A stretch of 64,000 nucleotides of DNA, taken from contig OZ255726.1 of NCBI GenBank assembly GCA_965277405.1, positions 512,001-576,000 on the forward strand. The letters are read 5' to 3'. How positions within the stretch are numbered: position 1 is the first letter of the stretch; each line of letters opens with the position of its first letter. The position numbers were made by a program, and so were the translations under genes. Shown here piece after piece: positions 10,684-20,264 of the stretch. Origin of the DNA: Gammaproteobacteria bacterium. GTDB taxonomy: Bacteria > Pseudomonadota > Gammaproteobacteria > G965277405. The notes beneath the pieces were generated by a model that worked only from the letters and a program-made list of their open reading frames with translations, did no database searches and was not told the DNA's origin.

Positions 10684-11463
10684 ATGCTTACATCACTGAA
10701 GAATACCAGCGTCATTGTAACTGGCGGTGCAAAAGGTATCGGGCGCGGCATCGCGTCGGTTTTTGCCAAGCAAGGGGCGCAGGTGACGCTGGCTGCGCGC
10801 GGCGAAGAATCGCTCGAGCAGACAACAGCCGCACTCAATGCCATCGGCGGCAAGGTGAGGTATGTTGTCTGCGATGTGTCTGATTGGCAGAGTGTGAAAG
10901 CTGCCTTTGCTGACACCGCAGCAGCACAAGGAGAATTAAATATTGTCTGTGCCAACGCTGGGGTTTATCCGCAAACAAAAATCATCGATATGAACCCGCA
11001 AGAATGGGACAGCGTCATGGCTACCAATCTGAGGTCAGCATTTCTTTGCGTGAAAGCAGCTATTCCATATTTTGAAAAAGTTGGCAAAGGACGCGTTGTC
11101 CTTACTTCTTCAATTACTGGACCGATTACAGGTTATCCAGGATGGTCACACTATGGCGCGTCCAAAGCTGGTCAGCTCGGGTTTCTCAAGACAGCTGCGC
11201 TCGAGTTAGCTCGTTACAATACCACCATAAATGCTGTCATGCCTGGCAACATCTATACAGAGGGTCTGCAAGATTTGGGTGAGGATTATCTCGCTGGTAT
11301 GGCAGCATCTATCCCTCTTAAGCTCTTAGGGGATGTTGCAGATATCGGCAACGCTGCTTTGTTCTTTGCCTCTGATGAAGCAGGATACATCACCGGCCAA
11401 CAAATTATCGTTGATGGTGGGCAGACTATCCCAGAGTCCCTTGCAGCCATCAACGAGGTTTAA
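10684..11463 (+). CDS. SDR; probable 1-amino-2-propanol dehydrogenase / aminoacetone reductase
   Basis: TGGAKGIG, NAG, YGASK; SSITGPITGYPGWSHYGASKAGQLGF matches my recollection of the RMM-locus enzyme. Confidence 0.85.
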   Translation: MLTSLKNTSVIVTGGAKGIGRGIASVFAKQGAQVTLAARGEESLEQTTAALNAIGGKVRYVVCDVSDWQSVKAAFADTAAAQGELNIVCANAGVYPQTKIIDMNPQEWDSVMATNLRSAFLCVKAAIPYFEKVGKGRVVLTSSITGPITGYPGWSHYGASKAGQLGFLKTAALELARYNTTINAVMPGNIYTEGLQDLGEDYLAGMAASIPLKLLGDVADIGNAALFFASDEAGYITGQQIIVDGGQTIPESLAAINEV

Positions 11464-11479
11464 AAAAATTGTGGTTATT

Positions 11480-12484
11480 ATGGCTGAATCCGCACAACCG
11501 CTGCAACAGACGCTAAAGCGTATTCAGTGTCTTGTCGACAAATCGCTGGGTTTTTGGGACATCCCCGCGGGAGCAAAGGCCAGACTAATAAATGTGTCTG
11601 AAAACGCGACATTTTTGGTTGAAGCAGCTGGTGGTTATCGGTCAGTGCTGCGCGTCCACCGCGATAACTATCACTCCGAACGCGCGATTGAGTGTGAGCT
11701 GCAGTGGACTAAGGCGCTCAACACCAACGGCGGGGTTATCAGTCCAGATGTGTATGTCGGCCGCAACGGTAAAGCCATTCAATCGGCAACGATAGCAGGT
11801 TTAACTGGACCGCGTTTTATGGTTCTCTTTCATTTTGTCGCAGGTATGAACCCGGGTGAAGACGGTGATTTGGTCAGCGCCTTTGCGGAGTTAGGCGAGA
11901 TTGCAGCGCGCACCCACTTACATTCAATCCAGTGGACGAAGCCTGCCTTATTTGAACGACTGACTTGGGATGCAGATGCTATATTTGGAGCAAATGCTAT
12001 CTGGGGCAACTGGCGAGATGGTCCGCAAGTTGATCGGCACATTAAGAATACGCTCGATGTGGTAGAAACAGTCGTCTGCAATCGATTGGCTGCTTTTGGC
12101 AAAGGCGAGAACGATTTTGGACTGATTCATGCTGACATGCGTCTTGCAAACTTGCTTGTTGACGGTAACCGCACCAGGTTGATCGACTTTGATGACTGTG
12201 GTTTTGGCTGGTTTCTCTACGATTTTGCGACTGGGATTAGTTTTATGGAAGACGACACCCGTGTCCCCGAGCTAAAACACGCATGGGTAACAGGCTATCG
12301 TAAGCAACGGGGGTTGACGTTGGCAGCCGAAGCTGAAATTGAGACATTCATTATGCTGCGTCGTTTGGCGCTCTTAGCTTGGATCGGCAGTCACCTTGAG
12401 GCACCAGAGCCACAGGCCTTGGCACCTAGATTTGCCCAAATAACAGCGGATCTTGGTAGAAAATACCTCTCAAAATGCAAATAA
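11480..12484 (+). CDS. APH/choline-kinase-fold phosphotransferase; probable aminopropanol kinase
   Basis: SENATF, VLRVHR, GLIHADMRLANLL, LIDFDDCGFGW; RMM context; ATG 11480 preferred over ORF-track start. Confidence 0.82.
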   Translation: MAESAQPLQQTLKRIQCLVDKSLGFWDIPAGAKARLINVSENATFLVEAAGGYRSVLRVHRDNYHSERAIECELQWTKALNTNGGVISPDVYVGRNGKAIQSATIAGLTGPRFMVLFHFVAGMNPGEDGDLVSAFAELGEIAARTHLHSIQWTKPALFERLTWDADAIFGANAIWGNWRDGPQVDRHIKNTLDVVETVVCNRLAAFGKGENDFGLIHADMRLANLLVDGNRTRLIDFDDCGFGWFLYDFATGISFMEDDTRVPELKHAWVTGYRKQRGLTLAAEAEIETFIMLRRLALLAWIGSHLEAPEPQALAPRFAQITADLGRKYLSKCK

Positions 12485-12590
12485 ATGCGAAGAATATGTC
12501 AACTGCTAGCTGCAGCATGTCAAGCAAGGCGGAGCAAAAGTCTACATTATCAAAACTACGCGTAGCAATGATGATCAATGAGGGTGGTGA

Positions 12591-13862
12591 ATGAGCCAAG
12601 CAAAAGAAGAGTTTCTAGAGAGGTCTAAGTCATTCTGGAATCCAGGTAAAACCCAAGATTGGATCAATATGGGTGTCGATCTGGTGATTGATCGGCGTGA
12701 AGGTTATTACTTGTACGATATGGATGGTCGCCGCTTACTCGACCTCCATCTGAATGGCGGCACTTATAATTTAGGGCATCGTCACCCAGAACTTATTGAA
12801 GTGCTAAAAGCTGGCACAGAACGCTTCGACATGGGTAATCATCACTTTCCCGCTTTGGCGAGAACAGCTCTTGCAGAAGTGTTGCAAGCATGTGCGCCTG
12901 CGGCTGATATGAAATACACAACCTACGGGTCAGGTGGTGGTGAGGCGATTGATATTGCGATCAAAACTGCGCGGCATGCTGCGCAGAAAAAAAAGATTGT
13001 CTCAATCATCAAAGCCTACCACGGTCACACTGGTCTTGCGCTTAAGACTGGTGATGATCGGTTTTCGAAGCTGTTTCTTTCAGAAGACACTCAAGACGAG
13101 TTCATCCAAGTCGCGTTTAATGACCTAAACGCGATGGAAGATGCGCTGCGGAAAAAAGACGTGGCGGCGGTGATTATGGAGACTATCCCTGCCACATACG
13201 GTTTTCCAATGCCTGATGTTGGTTATTTAGCAGGCGTAAAAGCGCTGTGTGAAAAGTACGACGCATTGTATATCGCTGATGAAGTGCAAACAGGTCTGAT
13301 GCGCACTGGTTCGATGTGGGGCTGCAGCAAATACGGTGTTGAACCAGACATTATGGTCACGGGCAAAGGGATATCAGGCGGGATGTACCCAATCGCGTGT
13401 GTGCTTATTTCTGAAAAATGTGGTGGGTGGCTCAAGGAAGATGGCTTCGGTCATATTTCCACGATGGGTGGAGCAGAGCTTGGCTGTATTGTCGCAATGA
13501 AAACTATTGAGATTGTCCAACGTCCAGAAGTTGGGTCAATGGTTCAGTTCATTGGTGATTATTTGCGAGCTGGGCTGGACGAAATCAGGGTTGCATTCGC
13601 TGACTTCTTTGTTGGCATTAGGCAGCATGGTCTCATCATGGGGCTCGAGTTTAACCATGCACAAGGCGCCAAGCCTGTTATGAGAAATCTCTATGAAAAC
13701 GGCGTCTGGGCAATTTTCTCGACACTTGACCCAAGCGTGCTCCAGTTCAAACCTGGGCTGTTGCTCAATCAACGCGACGCTGAAGAAGTGCTGCGGCGTG
13801 TCGCCATCGCTGTTGAACTTGCCCGTGATGAGGTGATGGGCAACAGACGGCGAGGATGCTGA
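12591..13862 (+). CDS. Class III PLP aminotransferase-fold protein; probable aminopropanol-phosphate phospho-lyase
   Basis: SGGGEAID, AYHG, IADEVQTGLMRTG, DIMVTGKGISGG. Confidence 0.82.
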   Translation: MSQAKEEFLERSKSFWNPGKTQDWINMGVDLVIDRREGYYLYDMDGRRLLDLHLNGGTYNLGHRHPELIEVLKAGTERFDMGNHHFPALARTALAEVLQACAPAADMKYTTYGSGGGEAIDIAIKTARHAAQKKKIVSIIKAYHGHTGLALKTGDDRFSKLFLSEDTQDEFIQVAFNDLNAMEDALRKKDVAAVIMETIPATYGFPMPDVGYLAGVKALCEKYDALYIADEVQTGLMRTGSMWGCSKYGVEPDIMVTGKGISGGMYPIACVLISEKCGGWLKEDGFGHISTMGGAELGCIVAMKTIEIVQRPEVGSMVQFIGDYLRAGLDEIRVAFADFFVGIRQHGLIMGLEFNHAQGAKPVMRNLYENGVWAIFSTLDPSVLQFKPGLLLNQRDAEEVLRRVAIAVELARDEVMGNRRRGC

Positions 13863-15439
13863 TGGAACAAAATATTTATAACTCGCTGATTGATATTTCA
13901 GCAACTCCCGCTGCGCGGACTGGCAAAGCAACCATAATGTTGGAGCGCGCGCGGTGGGCAGCCGCCATATTTGATCGATATGATTATCCTGCGACTATGC
14001 GGATTGTGCAAGCTGTGGCTGCAGCTGCGCACGCTATGGCAGGTGAATGTGCTGAGCGTGCAGTTAGAGAAACTGGGTTTGGGGTAGCCAAGCATAAGAA
14101 GCTGAAAAACGAGATGACAGCACACCCACTAGTTGACTATTACCAGGATCAAGACTTTGTCAATCCTCGGGTGGATGAGGCGCGCAAGATCGTTGAAATA
14201 CCAAGGCCTGCAGGGGTTGTTTTTGCGCTGACCCCGTCAACCAACCCGATTGCAACGTTGAACTACAAAATAATTTTGTCGATGATGACCCGCAACGCGA
14301 TTGTTTTTTCGCCGCATCCTGCTGCGTGGGAATGTTCAGTCGACGCTGCTCATCGGCTCGCTGCAGCCGCGGTAGCAGCTGGTGCGCCGGATGGAGTCAT
14401 TCAAATTCTAGCAATGCCGACTATCCCAATGGTCGAAGCATGTATGACATCACCTATAACAAACGTTATTTTGGCAACTGGCGGGATACCCATGGTGCGA
14501 TCGGCGTACTCGTCATCCAATCCAGCAATTGGCGTTGGTCCTGGCAACGCGCCGGTATTCGTCGATAGCACGGCTGACCTCAACCAAGCGGCACAGCGAA
14601 TTGTAGAGTCTAAGTCTTTTGACAACTCGGTGTTGTGTACCAATGAAAGCGTATTGATTACCTTGCCGGACATTGAAAACCAGCTCAAATCAGCCTTAAA
14701 ATCAGCAAGTGCATATATTTGTTCCGCAGCAGAAGTTGACTTGATACGCAACTTCCTGTTCCATTCAATGGGGTTCAATATTGCAGCAATCGGTCGCGAT
14801 GCTACTTGGATTGCCCATGAGTGCGGTATTCGGGTTCCCAAAAAAACCAAAATTCTCGTTGCTCCAATTACCAAAATTGGGGTGGAAGAGAGTCTTGCAA
14901 AAGAAAAGCTTTGTCCCGTACTTGCAATGTATGTCGCCAAGAACCGCGCACAAGCAACGCAGCAGGCGCGGGCAATTTTACGGCTGACAGGGGCTGGCCA
15001 TTCAGCTGCAATTCATGCAAGCGATGAAAATCTTATCATGGAATTTGCCGCTCAAATTGAAGCGTATCGGGTGGTCGTAAACGCGCCGTGTTCTCAAGGT
15101 GCGGCCGGTTTTGGCACTGGACTTGCCCCCACATTTACAATTGGTACTGGCTTCTTCGGACGCTCATCAATTGGTGAGAATGTCGGTCCTCAACATTTAG
15201 TGCATTGGACTAGAATTGCCTACAATGAAAGCAAAAATGTGCCATTTGGCAGTTTTCATGGAAAAAGCCGTGGGTTTAAGGGAGCGCTTGAGTCTGCGCC
15301 TGCAGACGGCATTCCTGCAACACCACGCAGCTGCGCAACTGCTGCAGATACGTCCGCGTATTCCTCGATGGACACGGTTAGCAAAAGCGAACTGCGCCGC
15401 ATCATTGTGGAAGAACTTCGTGACATCATAAAAAAATAA
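13856..15439 (+). CDS. CoA-acylating aldehyde dehydrogenase (EutE/PduP-like) with C-terminal encapsulation peptide
   Basis: PSTNP, SPHP, LATGG, GVGPGN, SKSFDNSVLCTNE, EKLCPVL, GHSAAIH; tail SELRRIIVEELRDIIKK; start may be ATG 13862. Confidence 0.9.
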   Translation: MLMEQNIYNSLIDISATPAARTGKATIMLERARWAAAIFDRYDYPATMRIVQAVAAAAHAMAGECAERAVRETGFGVAKHKKLKNEMTAHPLVDYYQDQDFVNPRVDEARKIVEIPRPAGVVFALTPSTNPIATLNYKIILSMMTRNAIVFSPHPAAWECSVDAAHRLAAAAVAAGAPDGVIQILAMPTIPMVEACMTSPITNVILATGGIPMVRSAYSSSNPAIGVGPGNAPVFVDSTADLNQAAQRIVESKSFDNSVLCTNESVLITLPDIENQLKSALKSASAYICSAAEVDLIRNFLFHSMGFNIAAIGRDATWIAHECGIRVPKKTKILVAPITKIGVEESLAKEKLCPVLAMYVAKNRAQATQQARAILRLTGAGHSAAIHASDENLIMEFAAQIEAYRVVVNAPCSQGAAGFGTGLAPTFTIGTGFFGRSSIGENVGPQHLVHWTRIAYNESKNVPFGSFHGKSRGFKGALESAPADGIPATPRSCATAADTSAYSSMDTVSKSELRRIIVEELRDIIKK

Positions 15440-15441
15440 TC

Positions 15442-16053
15442 ATGGCAGAGCTCCGATCCTTCATTTTTATCGACCAATTACAGCCGCAAACTTTGGCGTA
15501 TCTGGCAACGTGGATGCGTGGTAGCCTGCCCCGCGCCAGAATGTCAGCGCAAATCATCGAAATCGCTCCAGGGCTCGATATCGAAGTGCTAACTGATGTG
15601 GCGCTGAAAAGTGCAGCCGTGCAAGCCGGTATGCTGGTAGTGGAGCGCCAATTTGGAACACTTGAATTTCATGCAAAGTCCACGGCGGCAGTTCAAGCCG
15701 CAGCGCAAGCCGTTCTTGACGCCTTTGGTGCACGCCGGCAAGACGCAGCTCCAGCTAAAATTTTGGCTTCGAAAATTATCACCCGCATCGACCATCAGCA
15801 TGCGTTTTTGATAAATAGAAATCGCATGGGGTCGATGATACTCGGTGGAGAAAGCCTATATCTGCTAGAGTGTCAGCCAGCATCGTATGCAATGCTCGCC
15901 TGCAACGAAGCTGAAAAAGCAGCCAATATCAAATTGATTGACTCGCGCATGATTGGCGCGAACGGTCGACTGTATTTGGCGGGTGATGAAGCAGAAGTTC
16001 GCACGGCAAGAAACGCAGCCGAAGCAGCCCTTAGAGTTGTAGGCGCCGCATAG
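15442..16053 (+). CDS. BMC-T (tandem-domain, CcmP/CsoS1D-like) shell protein
   Basis: ELRSFIFIDQLQPQ, IEIAPG, VVERQFG, NEAEKAA, GRLYLAG. Confidence 0.88.
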   Translation: MAELRSFIFIDQLQPQTLAYLATWMRGSLPRARMSAQIIEIAPGLDIEVLTDVALKSAAVQAGMLVVERQFGTLEFHAKSTAAVQAAAQAVLDAFGARRQDAAPAKILASKIITRIDHQHAFLINRNRMGSMILGGESLYLLECQPASYAMLACNEAEKAANIKLIDSRMIGANGRLYLAGDEAEVRTARNAAEAALRVVGAA

Positions 16054-16493
16054 TGTCAGACCTAACAGCCGTCATCCGCGCAATCATTGCCGAAGAATTG
16101 CGTAACCTCCGCGCTGGCAGTTCAGCGCCAACCACACCGCCAACAGAAGAGGTTGTGTCGATCACCTCGAGCGCAGATTTGAACGCGTTTGCTCGTCGCG
16201 TATTGGAGATGGAACAGGACGGACGCTTACGCAGCGAGGTGATGTCTGGGGACTACGTTTTTACACTTTCATTGAATGGAGCACGTCCGCTCCAAGCACA
16301 TGTTCCGTTAGCTCCAGTTGCGTTACCGCCTGCAGTTGTCAAATTTACCAAGAGGCTAATTTCTGAACGCGACTTAACCGGGATACCAAACGGAACAAAA
16401 AAACTAATGATTAGCAAACAAGTCCGCTTTACCCCATTGGCACGGGATGAAATTAGCAGACGAGGAATACAAATCGAAAGGTCAGCAACATGA
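16053..16493 (+). CDS. BMC-associated hypothetical protein with N-terminal encapsulation-peptide-like helix
   Basis: DLTAVIRAIIAEELRNL, Pro-rich linker, C-terminal LISERD...FTPLARDE..RRGIQI; GTG start overlapping upstream stop. Confidence 0.72.
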   Translation: MSDLTAVIRAIIAEELRNLRAGSSAPTTPPTEEVVSITSSADLNAFARRVLEMEQDGRLRSEVMSGDYVFTLSLNGARPLQAHVPLAPVALPPAVVKFTKRLISERDLTGIPNGTKKLMISKQVRFTPLARDEISRRGIQIERSAT

Positions 16494-16726
16494 TTCGTGG
16501 CAAAGTTATAGGACAAGTTTGGTCCTCAAAACGGATAGCAACCGTTCCCAATGGCGCACTCGTTGAAGTGGAGACCTATGACAGCAAAATAATCGCACTC
16601 GACCCGCTGGGTTGTGCGCTGGGTGAAGAAGTTTTGATCACAACAGGGTCTGTTGCGGCGAGCTATTTCACAACAGCAAAAGCACCAATAGATGCCCTGA
16701 TTATCGGCTCAATTGATGAAACATAA
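16490..16726 (+). CDS. BMC-P vertex protein (EutN/CcmL family)
   Basis: MIRGKVIGQVWSSK, IALDPLG..GEEVL..GS.A, PIDALIIGSID. Confidence 0.92.
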   Translation: MIRGKVIGQVWSSKRIATVPNGALVEVETYDSKIIALDPLGCALGEEVLITTGSVAASYFTTAKAPIDALIIGSIDET

Positions 16727-16772
16727 TTGGGCATGTCGCCTATCCAATCTTTAATTTAAAAGGAGAACAAAA

Positions 16773-17057
16773 GTGTCAAATCAAGCAATCGGAATGATCG
16801 AAACTCGCGGGTATGTCGCGGCAATGACAGCGGCTGATGCCATGGTCAAAGCTGCTAATGTTGAAATTGTTGCGCGCAATGAAGTCGGAGGCGGTCTCGT
16901 ATCAGTCGTCGTCAAAGGTGACGTTGGCGCAGTAAAAGCAGCAACTGAGGCAGGGTCAGAAGCTGCCAACAACATTGGTGAAGTGGTATCAGTGCACGTG
17001 ATCCCACGTCCACATGCTGATCTAGGTAAACACTTTGAAGCTGCGAAACTCAAGTAA
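16773..17057 (+). CDS. BMC-H hexameric shell protein (EutM/PduA/CcmK family)
   Basis: [36 protein letters not shown]; RBS AAGGAG before GTG. Confidence 0.95.
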   Translation: MSNQAIGMIETRGYVAAMTAADAMVKAANVEIVARNEVGGGLVSVVVKGDVGAVKAATEAGSEAANNIGEVVSVHVIPRPHADLGKHFEAAKLK

Positions 17058-17089
17058 GATAGCAGCATCCGTACGCGAAGAGCAAACAT

Positions 17090-17719
17090 ATGACCGAACT
17101 TAGGGTTTATCTGCCCATTCATGACCTGCAGCCACAATTTGCCGCCTATCTTGCCACACCTACGCGCGCACGCGGATACCCACCTTTTGCCGGACAGCAC
17201 AGTCTCATCATTGAAGTAGCACCGGCGCTAGCTATTCATAGAATTGCCGATTTGGCGCTCAAGGAATCGCCAGATATCCAGCCAGGAATTCTATTCACTG
17301 AGCGACAATTTGGTCTGTTAGAACTTCATTCAGACAATATGGACGATTTGGATAAGGTCGGAAAAGCCATCTTGCGGGGGATTGGGGCGCAGCCAACAGA
17401 CCAATTACTGCCGAAAATTCTGTTCCATGACATCATTGAAGATCTTGCGGATCAGCATGCAATCATTCTCAATAGGTCTAGGGATGCGTCTATCCTAGTT
17501 CCGGGCGTGTCTTTGCTGATCTATGAAATGGCCCCTGCCCTGTTTGCATGCGTAGCGAGCAATGAAGCGGAACGAGCAGCACCGCACGCAACCATCAACG
17601 ATGTGCAAATGATGGGGGCGACGGGGCGTATTTTCATGTCTGGCTCTACAGCAGAGATGGAGCAAGCTCGCGATGCAATCAACAAAACATTGCAAACAGT
17701 CACAGGTCGCTCGGACTAG
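17090..17719 (+). CDS. Second BMC-T shell protein
   Basis: ELRVYLPIHDLQPQ, IEVAPA, TERQFGLLELHS, NEAERAA, GRIFMSG. Confidence 0.88.
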   Translation: MTELRVYLPIHDLQPQFAAYLATPTRARGYPPFAGQHSLIIEVAPALAIHRIADLALKESPDIQPGILFTERQFGLLELHSDNMDDLDKVGKAILRGIGAQPTDQLLPKILFHDIIEDLADQHAIILNRSRDASILVPGVSLLIYEMAPALFACVASNEAERAAPHATINDVQMMGATGRIFMSGSTAEMEQARDAINKTLQTVTGRSD

Positions 17720-17781
17720 GTTTGTTGGCTCTTGCCAGCAATCAACCAAGTAAGGTTGGCTGGTATTGCTTGATTATCTAA

Positions 17782-18130
17782 GGAAGCTCTGATTAAGACT
17801 CGCATATACTCCAATAACTCGCATATACTCCAAAAAAGTAATAGAAATAATTTTCAATGGTCAATATTTGACCATTTCGCTGATCTTCTGTTGCTGTTTT
17901 ACTGTTTTTTATTGTTTCTTATTGTTTCTTATTGTTTTTCTTGAATTTTGGGCGGTTCTATCCTGTTAGTCGTCCTCGCAGCATGTATAAGTTCGTCAAT
18001 GCCAGCAAAGAAAATACTTGTACTCGGTTCTTTTCTAGTCCTTTGTAGCGAGCTTTCTTATAACCAAACTGACATTTGATTAGCCGAAAACAGTGCTCAA
18101 TCCGGGCGCGCATTAGAGTTCTGTCTATTG
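17782..18130 (-). mobile_element. Truncated IS5 (3' end only), same orientation as 748-1984
   Basis: CTAA|GGAAGCTCTGATTAAGACTCGC..., near-identical to 748-1085, then cut by another IS. Confidence 0.85.
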
Positions 18131-18748
18131 GGACTGTTGCAAATAGAAGACAAATAATCTTATTGATTAGGTATATTGCTTATAGTCTGGTGTAAAATCA
18201 TTAAACTCAACTACAACCTTATATTTTAAATATCATGTATAAACAAGTAGAAATGATTACCCTAGCAGATCTAGTAGCCGCTGATCATATATACCGAAAG
18301 TTTGTTCAATTAATAGATATTCGCCGCTTAGATAATAAATATTTAAAAACAGCACAAGGCTCTAGCAACTATAAAGGTTATGGTATAGAACTGTTATTTA
18401 AAGCACTACTGCTGCAACACTTAGAAGATTTAAGTGATAGAGAGCTTGAAAGTTACTTAACAGAAAACACCGCTGCTAAATAGTTTTGTAATGGTTTTGT
18501 AATGTAGCGTTAACCGCGCCTACGCCAGATCATACAGTATTTACAAGAGCTAGAGCGCGTATAGGTACGCACCAATTATCTAAGATATTTGCAGATGTTC
18601 GCGCTCAATTGCAACAACATGGGTACATGAATGAGGTATTTACTTGTATAGATGCCTCTCATTTAATAGCTAAAGCTAATTTGTGGGAAGAGAGAGATAG
18701 AGTAATCCAGCAAAAGTACGCCAAACTTAATAATGAGGTTTTACCTAA
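18131..18748 (+). pseudogene. Second IS type (IS5/IS1182-like DDE transposase), 5' half, with stop and frameshifts
   Basis: End GGACTGTTGCAAATA; LLLQHLEDLSDRELE, PDHTVF, CIDASH; interrupted at CTAA by IS5. Confidence 0.75.
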
Positions 18749-19979
18749 GGAATCTCTGATTAAGTCCCAAACAACAGCAATATCAGCTGCAAAGATATAC
18801 AATGGTGAATCTATTTGAATATTTGAATATTTGAATAAGCGGATAATCTTATGAAACAAACAACTTTTGCCAGTGCTGCATACGACCACAAGAAAGTAAC
18901 AATGAAACCAAAAAAAATTCTTGCAGTTAATGGACAAATTAGCTCCATGGCAACAGTTGTTAGAGTTAATAGAACCGCATTATCCCAAGAAAGGGAATGG
19001 CCGCCCACCGATTAATATGCAGACCATGTTACGCATTTATTTTTTACAGCAATGGTACAACTTATCAGACCCAGGGGTAGAAGAAGCACTATATGACATG
19101 GAAAGCATGCGGCGTTTTGCCCATATAGAGCTGATAGACGATGCCATCCCTGATGAAACCACCATCTTGAACTTTGCCCGCAGGATCATAGAAAAACATC
19201 AACTCAGCGTCAAGATACTTGCTGTGGTGAATGAGTATTGTATGGAACAATAATATAATAATCTCACCAGGGACAATGGTTGCTGCCACGACCATCAATG
19301 CGCCATCATCTACGCAGAATTAAAGAGAAAGCCCGTGATCCTGAAATGCAGCAAACAAGGAAAGGCAAGCAGTGGTATTTTGGCATGAAAATGCATATAG
19401 CAACTCGACGCTAATAGCAATATGATTCATAGCGCGGCAATGCCTACCACCACAGCCGCGGCCTACCACCACAGCCGCGAATGCAGCGGACATCAATGAC
19501 CCCCCCAAATTGCTGCGTAAAACAGGCAAGGTTATCTTTGCCGATGCAGGATATACAAGCGACAGTTATAAACGCGGTTCGCGTCACCTTGGGATAGATT
19601 GGCGGGTGAATGATAAACGTAAACCAAAGCAGCAAATGAGCACCTCGCAGCGCAAACGCAATAGACAGAACTCTAAGGTGCGCGCCCAGATTGAGCACTG
19701 TTTTCGGGTAATCAAATGTCAGTTTGGTTATAAGAAAGCTCGCTACAAAGGACTAGAAAAGAATCGAGTACAAGTATTTTCTTTGCTGGCATTGACGAAC
19801 TTGTACATGCTGCGCGGACGACTAACAGGATAGAACCGCCCAAAATTCAAGAAAAACAGTAAAACAGCAACAAAAGATCAGCGAAATGGTCAAATATTGA
19901 CCATTGAAAATTATTGCTATTACTTTTTTGGAGTATATGCGAGTTCTTGGAGTATATGCGAGTCTTAATCAGAGATTCC
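18749..19979 (+). mobile_element. IS5-family element with frameshifted transposase, inverted relative to 748-1984
   Basis: GGAATCTCTGATTAA...TTAATCAGAGATTCC; same transposase motifs in several fragments. Confidence 0.9.
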
Positions 19980-20264
19980 TTAGGTTTGAAAGATTTTATA
20001 AATTACTGACAAAATGCAGAAAACATCCATTAAAAAATAGTATTTACCCTAATATTCGTCGGTTTAGTGTCCGTCTGTTACTGTAGTAGTAGGTAATGTA
20101 AGATCTTGCGATTATAATGTACGATTTTGTGATTGTAGTGTTTACTTATGCGATTGTAAGTGTAACAGTTTAATGCAACTGGATGCTTGATTGCGATACT
20201 AAATACAGGATGTGAATTTAATCTACACTTTTTATTATACTTTATTACACTAGGGATACCAAAA

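Noticed and set aside
11333-11479. Long N-terminal extension of the kinase ORF
   Set aside because: Overlaps the SDR gene; ATG 11480 fits the domain start
15442-17719. Carboxysome, Eut or Pdu assignment for the shell genes
   Set aside because: No RuBisCO, ethanolamine ammonia-lyase, diol dehydratase or glycyl-radical enzyme; enzyme set fits the RMM type
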